Below are positions 56,856 through 64,000 of a DNA stretch of 64,000 nt, one piece after another (position 1 is the stretch's first letter; the number at the start of each line of letters is the position of its first letter). A model generated the notes under the pieces. That model saw only the letters and a program-made list of their open reading frames with translations. It was not told the DNA's origin and made no database searches. Source of the DNA: an uncultured Oscillospiraceae bacterium (lineage in GTDB: Bacteria > Bacillota > Clostridia > Oscillospirales > Oscillospiraceae); the NCBI GenBank assembly GCA_964627295.1, contig CAZVJJ010000003.1:6022-70021 (forward strand), in the 5' to 3' direction. A program made the position numbers and the translations under genes.

Positions 56856-59243
56856 ATGCAACTCAACAGAAAATGGATCAATGAGGACTTCGTGGATCTT
56901 TCCCACGTCTCCGATAAAGAATATGTAGAAACCCTTACCGTGTTCGGTCAGAAAGTCGAGACCTGCGAGCGGATGGATGCCGAGATCAAAAATGTGGTCG
57001 TCGGCAAAGTCGTCTCCATGGTCGCACATCCAAACTCTGACCATATGTTCATTTGCCAGATCGATATTGGACAGGGTGAGCCTGTTCAGATCGTAACTGG
57101 CGCGCAGAATGTGCACGTCGGTGACCTCGTGCCTGCCGCTTTGCACAATTCCTATCTCCCCGGTGGTGTGCATATCACCAAGGGCAAGCTTCGCGGTGAG
57201 AAGTCGAACGGAATGCTCTGCTCGTTTGAAGAGCTGGGACTGACGCAGAACGATCTTCCTGGTGTTTTTGCCGACGGCATTTGGATATTGAACGAGGAAA
57301 ACTGCACCGTCGGTCAGGATATCAACGAAGTGATCGGCAACGATGATACTGTGGTCGAATTTGAGATCACGAACAACCGTCCCGACTGCTACTCCATCAT
57401 CGGTCTTGCGCGCGAATCCGCCGCGGCTTTCGGTATGCACATGAAGCATCACGACCCCGTCGTGCACGGTTCGGATGCGGGCAGCATCTTCGATAAGCTC
57501 GATGTGGATGTTCCCGCCGAGGCACTTTGCAACCGCTACACCGCGCGTATGGTCGCAAACGTCAAGATCGCTCCCTCCCCCAAGTGGCTTCGCCAGCGCC
57601 TGAGAGCAAATGGCGTGCGCCCGATCAACAATATCGTTGACATCACCAACTATGTCATGCTCGAGTATGGTCAGCCGATGCACGCATTCGACTATCGCTA
57701 CGTGAGCTCTGGCAAGATCGTCGTCCGCGAAGCAGTGTCTGGCGAGACCCTTACCACGCTCGATGGAAATGTGCGTGAGCTCAAGGCAGGTATGCTCGTG
57801 ATCGCGGATGAAGATCGCGCCATCGGTCTTGCTGGTATCATGGGCGGTGAGAATTCCGAGATCAAGGACGACACCACCACAGTCGTTTTTGAGTCGGCAA
57901 ACTTCGACGGTACGTCTATTCGCCAGACCGCGCTTGCGCTCGGTATGCGCACCGACGCTTCGGGCAAGTTCGAGAAGAATATCGACCCGATGCTTACCGT
58001 CCCCGCTGTTCAGCGCGCTTGTGAGCTTGTCGAGCTCCTTGCCTGCGGCGACGTGCTCGATGGCACGATCGATATCATCAACTATGTGCCCCAACCCAAG
58101 ACCCTGCCCCTCGAGCCTGAGAAGATCAACAAGCTCCTCGGCACGGATATTTCTAAGGAAGACATGGTTCGCTATCTGGAACTGCTCGAGATCCCCGTTG
58201 AGGGCGACACCATCCATGTCCCCTCGTTCCGCCCTGACCTCAACCTGATGGCTGACATTGCAGAAGAGGTCGGTCGTTCCTACGGCTACAACGAGATCCC
58301 GACGACGGCATTCAAGACCAGCACGCAGGGTGGCTTCGCGCCCATCATGCAGCTCGAGAGCAAGATCGGCACACTCTGCCGTGGCCTCGGCTATAGTGAG
58401 ATCATCACCTACTCTTTCGTCTCCCCCACCATCTTCGACAGCATCCGCATCCCCGCAGATTCCCCGCTTCGCAATGCGCTGAAGATCCAGAACCCCCTCG
58501 GTGAGGACACTTCCATCATGCGCACCATCGCTCTGCCGTCGATGCTCGATATCCTCAGCCGCAACTACGCTTACCACAATAAGTCTGTCAAACTCTATGA
58601 GCTTGCAAAGATCTATCTCCCCGTAGATGGTCAGGTGCTTCCCGAAGAGCCGAAGATGCTCATGCTCGGCACATACGGTGCAGGCGAGACCTTCTTCACG
58701 CTCAAAGGCGAGCTTGAAGCCATTTTCGCAGGTATGCGCGTCAAAAAAGCAGCCTACACCGCAGAAACTGGCAATCCCTCCTACCACCCTGGTCGCTGTG
58801 CAAAGGTCACGGTGGATGGCATCGATGTCGGTTATATCGGTCAGATCCATCCCCTTGTTGCGAAAAACTATGGCATCGACGCAGAGATCTATTGCGCTGA
58901 AGTGAATTTTACGAAGCTTGCTGACCTTTGCCTGCCCGAGCCGACTTACACCCCGCTTCCCAAGTACCCCACCGTCACACGTGACCTGAGCCTCGTCTGC
59001 GATGAGCACATCACCGTCGCACAAATCGAAAACACCATCACCGCATCCGCTGGCAAGCTCCTGCGCGGTGTCAAGCTCTTCGATATCTATCGTGGCACGG
59101 GCGTTCCCGAGGGTAAGAAATCGATGGCTTTCTCGCTCGAACTGCGTGCAGACGATCGCACCCTCACCGATACCGATTCTGAGGGCGTTGTGAGCAAGGT
59201 TTTGACCGCGCTGAGCGAAAAACTCGGTGCTTCCCTGCGCTAA
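56856..59243 (+). CDS. pheT: Phenylalanine--tRNA ligase beta subunit
   Basis: HPNSD, LRGEKSNGMLCS, NRPDC, EEVGR.YGY, C-terminal RDLS..FDIY..GKKS. Confidence 0.98.
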   Translation: MQLNRKWINEDFVDLSHVSDKEYVETLTVFGQKVETCERMDAEIKNVVVGKVVSMVAHPNSDHMFICQIDIGQGEPVQIVTGAQNVHVGDLVPAALHNSYLPGGVHITKGKLRGEKSNGMLCSFEELGLTQNDLPGVFADGIWILNEENCTVGQDINEVIGNDDTVVEFEITNNRPDCYSIIGLARESAAAFGMHMKHHDPVVHGSDAGSIFDKLDVDVPAEALCNRYTARMVANVKIAPSPKWLRQRLRANGVRPINNIVDITNYVMLEYGQPMHAFDYRYVSSGKIVVREAVSGETLTTLDGNVRELKAGMLVIADEDRAIGLAGIMGGENSEIKDDTTTVVFESANFDGTSIRQTALALGMRTDASGKFEKNIDPMLTVPAVQRACELVELLACGDVLDGTIDIINYVPQPKTLPLEPEKINKLLGTDISKEDMVRYLELLEIPVEGDTIHVPSFRPDLNLMADIAEEVGRSYGYNEIPTTAFKTSTQGGFAPIMQLESKIGTLCRGLGYSEIITYSFVSPTIFDSIRIPADSPLRNALKIQNPLGEDTSIMRTIALPSMLDILSRNYAYHNKSVKLYELAKIYLPVDGQVLPEEPKMLMLGTYGAGETFFTLKGELEAIFAGMRVKKAAYTAETGNPSYHPGRCAKVTVDGIDVGYIGQIHPLVAKNYGIDAEIYCAEVNFTKLADLCLPEPTYTPLPKYPTVTRDLSLVCDEHITVAQIENTITASAGKLLRGVKLFDIYRGTGVPEGKKSMAFSLELRADDRTLTDTDSEGVVSKVLTALSEKLGASLR

Positions 59244-59346
59244 ACGAAAACGCTGCTAGATTTTTCAAAGTTTTTTCGCCATATCTCTTTACACGTTTCC
59301 TTTTTTAAGCTATAATAGTACCATTCTATTCAAGGAGGCTGAGACC

Positions 59347-59598
59347 ATGACGGATAAGGATACCCTTAAATTTACCGTTCCGAGCGATGACAAAGAGAAT
59401 ATGCGCCGTATTCTCCGTAGTGTGTTCGATGCCCTGAGCGAAAAGGGGTATAACCCCATCAATCAGATCGTAGGCTATCTTCTGACCGAAGACCCCACCT
59501 ACATCACCAATTACAACAATGCCCGAAGCATGATCTGCAAGATCGATCGGGATGAACTGATGCAGGCGCTCGTGCGCGAGTATCTGTTCAAGCAATGA
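59347..59598 (+). CDS. ireB: IreB/ReoM-family regulatory phosphoprotein
   Basis: [26 protein letters not shown]; N-terminal DT.KF phosphosite context. Confidence 0.95.
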   Translation: MTDKDTLKFTVPSDDKENMRRILRSVFDALSEKGYNPINQIVGYLLTEDPTYITNYNNARSMICKIDRDELMQALVREYLFKQ

Positions 59599-59744
59599 CA
59601 TCGGCAAGAGGCTTTTGCCACGGCAAAAGCCTCTTCTTTGTACCTTCTCAATTTCATACCCCTCCGTCTTTTCAAAAATCCACCCGTATTCCCCCAGAAT
59701 TGCATGGTAATTGTTACCTTTTGTTCTTATTTTCCCGCAATCGC

Positions 59745-59782
59745 TTGACAAAGGTGTAACAATGTGTTACAATTCGATTACA
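59745..59782 (+). promoter_or_regulatory. Sigma-A promoter with overlapping WalR-like box
   Basis: TTGACA-17-TACAAT; TGTAAT-N5-TGTAAC on the minus strand at 59766-59782. Confidence 0.65.
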
Positions 59783-59802
59783 TTTTCACAGGAGGTTTCA
59801 TT

Positions 59803-60093
59803 ATGGCTGAAGAAAATGCAGTTTTGATGTATAAAGGTCGTCCTCTGATGCGTAAGGACAACCTCATTTATTACGGATCGATGGCTGACAGCCACATCGT
59901 CATGCTTCAGATCCTCGAGACGAAGAAGCAGGGCGATCTCGAAGTCGCAACGCGCGTGTCTGTCCAGCTTCAGCTCACCGATCCAGCGGCAAAGAGCCGC
60001 GACCGCGTGGTCAAGAAGAGCGAAAAGGACGGTCTGTATACAGCCCTTGATTTTGGCTGTGTCTGGCTCGAAAGAGCGCTCGCAGGTAAGTAA
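59803..60093 (+). CDS. Conserved hypothetical protein
   Basis: 96-aa ORF, AGGAGG RBS, own promoter, host-like codon usage. Confidence 0.8.
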   Translation: MAEENAVLMYKGRPLMRKDNLIYYGSMADSHIVMLQILETKKQGDLEVATRVSVQLQLTDPAAKSRDRVVKKSEKDGLYTALDFGCVWLERALAGK

Positions 60094-60127
60094 ACCACTT
60101 TCATTTTCCTAAGACGGAGGGAATCGT

Positions 60128-61165
60128 ATGAAATTCGCACGAAGGATCGTATCTATTTTTCTGGTAATTGCACTATTTGTCACCGCTTCTGCGCTGAATG
60201 TCAGCGCGGCAGGCGTGATCAAATACGGGATCGGTTTCACAACTGGTTCAAGTCTGCGCCTGCGTAGTGGTCCATCCACAAGCGCAAGCACCATCACCTA
60301 CGCCGCAAAGGGCGAGGCTGTTGTCGTGATCTCGCAGGTCGGTGAATGGTACAAGGTCATTTATGATCTGCAAGAGGGTTATATGCACTCGCGCTATGTC
60401 AGCGTCCTCACCCGCGAGAATGCCGAGCTCGGCTATGGCAAGATCAATGGAACAGGCGTAAATCTTCGCAGCGGTGCAGGCACTTCTTACAATGTCGTGA
60501 CCGTTGGCACGAAAAACGATCAGGTCTATATCATCGGCATCAACGATGGTTGGTACAAGGTCATTTTTAATGATCGCATCTGCTACATCCGTAGTGACTA
60601 TGTCGATCTGACCGAGATCCCCTACGAGAACAACGCCTCTTCCAAGTCCCCCATCTTCTTCCGCGGTGGCAAATCGACTGGCACGCCCGTTTCCGCTGCT
60701 GCGCTGAAAAATGGTGGCACAACCACAGGCTCGACGGATAACTCTGCAAATGATAAAAATGATGCAAACGATTCTGCGAGCGGAAGCACGAATGTGACTG
60801 GCAGTCAGATCGTTGAATTTGCAAAGCAGTATCTCGGCGTGCCCTATCGTTGGGGCGGTGCTTCTCCGAGCGGATTCGATTGCTCTGGATTTGTTTACTA
60901 CGTGTTCAATAACTGCGGTATCGATCTTCCGAGAATGCTCGTTACCCAGCAGAATATGGGCATTGCAGTTGACAAGTCTGATTTACAGCCCGGTGACGTG
61001 ATCTACTTCCAGAATACATATACCACAGGCATTTCCCACGTTGGCATCTATGTCGGCAACGGTATGTTCATCCACGCACCCAGTTCTGGAAAAACGGTAT
61101 CGTATGCAGACCTCAACTCCGCTTACTACGTACAGCACTACTACGGCGCTCGCCGCTTCACCTAA
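60128..61165 (+). CDS. Secreted SH3b x2 + NlpC/P60 (C40) peptidoglycan endopeptidase
   Basis: Signal peptide, two LR.G..W.KV...GY SH3 repeats, GVPYRWGG..GFDCSG, HVGIY, FIHA. Confidence 0.93.
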   Translation: MKFARRIVSIFLVIALFVTASALNVSAAGVIKYGIGFTTGSSLRLRSGPSTSASTITYAAKGEAVVVISQVGEWYKVIYDLQEGYMHSRYVSVLTRENAELGYGKINGTGVNLRSGAGTSYNVVTVGTKNDQVYIIGINDGWYKVIFNDRICYIRSDYVDLTEIPYENNASSKSPIFFRGGKSTGTPVSAAALKNGGTTTGSTDNSANDKNDANDSASGSTNVTGSQIVEFAKQYLGVPYRWGGASPSGFDCSGFVYYVFNNCGIDLPRMLVTQQNMGIAVDKSDLQPGDVIYFQNTYTTGISHVGIYVGNGMFIHAPSSGKTVSYADLNSAYYVQHYYGARRFT

Positions 61166-61172
61166 GCATTTC

Positions 61173-61235
61173 GACCGACACGTTCGCGTGTCGGTCTTTT
61201 TTGGAGCTGTCGCGAAAGCGGCAGCTCCTTTCTTT
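61173..61235 (+). terminator. Two tandem terminator-like hairpins
   Basis: GACCGACACG/CGTGTCGGTC+T6, then GGAGCTGTCGC/GCGGCAGCTCC+T-rich. Confidence 0.75.
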
Positions 61236-61333
61236 AACTTTTTTGTAACCTTTGTCGCTTCACTTGACATTTTTCGTAATCTATCGTATAATTCACATAA
61301 ACTACTGCTCGTGAATTGAAATGGAGATCTCTT

Positions 61334-63049
61334 ATGAAAAAAGCTTCCAGAATCCTTGTACCGCTGCTGCTGGCAATTTTCATTGTCGCGTGCATCGCAT
61401 GGTACTTATTTGATTACGACCCTCAGTTTACGCGGGATATGCTTCTGAATGAGGCTCGCTACTTTACTGACGCAGGAAACGAGCGTCTTTCCTCCTTTTT
61501 CTATGATCTTGCTTACCGCTATTCCGATCAGGACGAGGATGTCGCCATTGAGCTTGCCAATCAGTACAAATCAGAGGGCAACTACACAAAAGCGGAATAT
61601 ACGCTTACAAACGCCATCGCCGACGGCGCAACGGTCGAACTTTATACCGCGCTCTGCAAGACCTTTGTCGAGCAAGACAAGCTCCTTGATGCAGTAACGA
61701 TGCTCGCGCGCATTACCGACCCCGTCATCAAGGCACAGATCGCCGATCTTCGCCCTGATGCACCGACTGCCGACTATGATGCAGGCTTCTACAGCGAGTA
61801 TATCAGCGTTTCCCTCGCTTGCAAGACGGGTACGCTTTACTATTCGGTCGGTGGTGAATACCCCTCGACAGACGATCCTGTTTTCTCCGAGCCCCTCCAG
61901 CTCCCGCAGGGTGAAACGGTCATCCTTGCCATCAGCGTTGGTGAAAATGGTCTTGTCAGCCCCCTCACGACACTTAACTACACCGTCGGCGGTGTCATCG
62001 AGGAGATCACATTCACCGATCCCGCTGTCGATGCCGCTGTCCGCACGCTTCTCTCCCTTGATGCAGAGGATGCCATCTGGTCAAATGCACTTTGGGAGAT
62101 CACAGATTTTACCTACCCCGAAGATGCATCCGTTTTTACCGATTTGGTAAACTTCCCCTACCTGACGAAACTGACCATCACGGATGCTTCCATGGATTCC
62201 CTTTCCTGCCTTTCGACCCTCACCTATCTGACCGAAGTCGATTTGAGCGGATGCCGCTTCCCTGCTGATGATCTTTCGTACCTCGCGGCGCTTCCGATGC
62301 TCGAACGCCTGAGCCTGAATGGCTGTTCCCTTTCGACTGTTGCTGAACTTTCGGGTGCGACGAAACTCACTTACCTTGACCTCGGCAACAATACCGTGCG
62401 TAATCTCGAAGCGCTTTCGTCCATCGTGACACTCTCCGAGCTTTTGCTCGATCACAATGCCGTTACGAATCTCGGCGCACTCAGCACACTGAGCGGATTG
62501 CAAACGCTCGATGTATCTTATAACTCTATCACATCCATCTCGACCCTCGCGACCTGCACCGCGCTGAAAGAGCTCAACGTTGCAAACAACCAGCTCTCGA
62601 CGCTCAGCGGTCTGGAAGCGCTGACGAATCTGACTGCACTTGATGTTGCAAGCAATTCTCTGACCGACATTTCTGTCGTCGCAGGTTGCTTCCAGCTTCA
62701 GTCGCTCAATGTTTCGACCAATCAGCTCACGGATATTTCCGCACTGAAAGTTCTCGATTCGCTCCAAACCATCGATTTTTCGTATAATGAGATCACGGAA
62801 CTTCCTGCATGGGGTGAAAGCTCGGCACTTCGCACCGTAACTGGCTCGCACAATCTACTCGAGAGCATCGATGTGCTGAAAAATGCAGAAAACCTCTCCT
62901 ACGTCTACATGGATTATAACAACATCGCCTCCATCGATGCGCTTGCAAATTGCTATCACCTTGTTCTCGTAAACGTGTATGCAAACCCCATCGAAGATGT
63001 TTCTGCCCTCACGCAGCACAATATCATCGTCAACTACGACCCCACATAA
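61334..63049 (+). CDS. Membrane-anchored TPR-like / Fn3-associated / internalin-type LRR protein
   Basis: N-terminal TM, helical segment, G.YS..ISVSL...YYSVGG..P beta domain, about 12 22-aa LxxLxLxxNxLxDI repeats; TTGACA-17-TATAAT promoter at 61264-61292. Confidence 0.82.
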   Translation: MKKASRILVPLLLAIFIVACIAWYLFDYDPQFTRDMLLNEARYFTDAGNERLSSFFYDLAYRYSDQDEDVAIELANQYKSEGNYTKAEYTLTNAIADGATVELYTALCKTFVEQDKLLDAVTMLARITDPVIKAQIADLRPDAPTADYDAGFYSEYISVSLACKTGTLYYSVGGEYPSTDDPVFSEPLQLPQGETVILAISVGENGLVSPLTTLNYTVGGVIEEITFTDPAVDAAVRTLLSLDAEDAIWSNALWEITDFTYPEDASVFTDLVNFPYLTKLTITDASMDSLSCLSTLTYLTEVDLSGCRFPADDLSYLAALPMLERLSLNGCSLSTVAELSGATKLTYLDLGNNTVRNLEALSSIVTLSELLLDHNAVTNLGALSTLSGLQTLDVSYNSITSISTLATCTALKELNVANNQLSTLSGLEALTNLTALDVASNSLTDISVVAGCFQLQSLNVSTNQLTDISALKVLDSLQTIDFSYNEITELPAWGESSALRTVTGSHNLLESIDVLKNAENLSYVYMDYNNIASIDALANCYHLVLVNVYANPIEDVSALTQHNIIVNYDPT

Positions 63050-63055
63050 ATAGTT

Positions 63056-63090
63056 TGGCACATTGCGAAATTCGCAATGTGCCATTTTTT
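63056..63090. terminator. Bidirectional terminator
   Basis: 14-bp IR TGGCACATTGCGAA/TTCGCAATGTGCCA + T run. Confidence 0.8.
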
Positions 63091-63547
63091 AGCAATATTC
63101 CAAAATCAGCATAAGTGCCGCCTGAATCGCCTGCTGGCGCACCTGCTCGCGATCTCCCCCAAAATGAAACTCACGGGAAACTGTCCGCACAGCATCACTA
63201 TAGCCGATAAAAACAGTCCCGACAGGATTGCCATATTCGTCCCCATCAGGTCCTGCAAGCCCTGTAGTAGAAACCGCAACATCTGCGCACAGGACGCGCC
63301 GTGCGCCCTCCGCCATAGCCTGTGCAACAGGTGCAGAAACAGCACCAGAAGAGGCAAGCAGCGCTGGATCTACGCCGAGAACACGTGCTTTCACCGCATT
63401 CGTATAGCTTACGATTCCGCCGACATAGACGCGGGAAGCTCCCGAGACAGATGTGATCGCCGCACCAACACCGCCACCCGTACAGCTTTCCGCGGTAGCA
63501 AGTGTCTTTCCGTGCAGGCGTTCGAGGACATCAGATGCCGCTTTCAT
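63089..63547 (-). CDS. pncC: CinA C-terminal domain-only protein (NMN amidohydrolase PncC)
   Basis: AESCTGG, SGAS, GAVS..VA.AMA.GAR, TGLAGP.G, PVGTV. Confidence 0.88.
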   Translation of the reverse strand: MKAASDVLERLHGKTLATAESCTGGGVGAAITSVSGASRVYVGGIVSYTNAVKARVLGVDPALLASSGAVSAPVAQAMAEGARRVLCADVAVSTTGLAGPDGDEYGNPVGTVFIGYSDAVRTVSREFHFGGDREQVRQQAIQAALMLILEYC

Positions 63548-64000
63548 GGTACTCCACCTTGACCTTTTCGATATTCTCGAGTGCGCGTTCAATGAGTGCT
63601 TCGCGGTCGAGCTTGCGCTCTGCATGGAGCACTTGACCAAGCGTTGGCTTTGTCTTGGGGTGCTTCGGCGTAAAGACCGTACAGCAATCCTCGTAGGGCA
63701 AAATAGATGTTTCCATCGTGCCGATCTTTCGGGCAATGGTCACGATCTCCTCCTTATCCATGCCGACAAGGGGCATGAACACAGGAATATCCACAACTGC
63801 GCCCGTGACCGTCATTGCTTCCATTGTCTGCGAAGCGACCTGACCGAGGTTTTCGCCCGTGACCAGTGCACCACATCCGTCGTGCTTGGCAATGCGCTGT
63901 GATATCTCCATCATAAAGCGGCGCATGATGAGCGTAAAATATTCTTCAGGGCAATTATCACGGATGGCTTCCTGAATTTCCGTAAAGGAGACGATATTGA
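63531..64000 (-). CDS. thiI: tRNA 4-thiouridine synthase ThiI, C-terminal part (5' end beyond window)
   Basis: RRFMM, TGENLGQVASQT, PL.G.DKEEI, PYEDCC..F.P. Confidence 0.93.
   Translation of the reverse strand, partial: NIVSFTEIQEAIRDNCPEEYFTLIMRRFMMEISQRIAKHDGCGALVTGENLGQVASQTMEAMTVTGAVVDIPVFMPLVGMDKEEIVTIARKIGTMETSILPYEDCCTVFTPKHPKTKPTLGQVLHAERKLDREALIERALENIEKVKVEYHESGI

Noticed and set aside
55812-59024. 1070-aa ORF antisense to pheST, and similar long antisense ORFs over glnS, uxaC, glnN, polC and the His/Cys repeats
   Set aside because: In-register shadow frames of well-conserved genes caused by codon bias; no RBS or recognisable motifs.

Overview
Chromosomal window from a moderately GC-rich, probably spore-forming Clostridia (gene content and order suggest an Oscillospiraceae-like lineage; this is inferred, not tested). 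About 80% is housekeeping: eda-kdgK-uxaC hexuronate genes, GS-III, dut/nrdG, acpP-ffs(SRP RNA)-dnaX-ybaB-recR, scpAB-ytfIJ-dacB-rluB, feoAB, pncB, udp, pyrH-frr-uppS-cdsA-dxr-rseP-ispG-polC, glnS, tRNA-Ser(UGA), T-box-pheST, ireB, an SH3-NlpC/P60 endopeptidase, an LRR surface protein, pncC and thiI. The accessory part is a 7-gene sortase-pilus operon (874-12296, minus strand). It has several unusual traits: a ~2070-aa tip pilin starting with 16 tandem C-x(3-8)-H-x-H-x3-C putative metal-binding modules behind an atypical signal peptide, its own catalytically intact signal peptidase I, a DivIVA-like coiled-coil protein, two sortases matched to two sorting-signal classes, an A17 tract upstream, stem-loops bracketing the shaft pilin, and sharp GC mosaicism. 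A second unexplained signal is a ~140-bp element just past the tRNA-Ser terminator, built of seven (A)TATCA/TGATA(T) hexamers alternating with six short hairpins. I saw no CRISPR array, integrase, transposase or reverse transcriptase. All calls come from reading the sequence; no searches were run.
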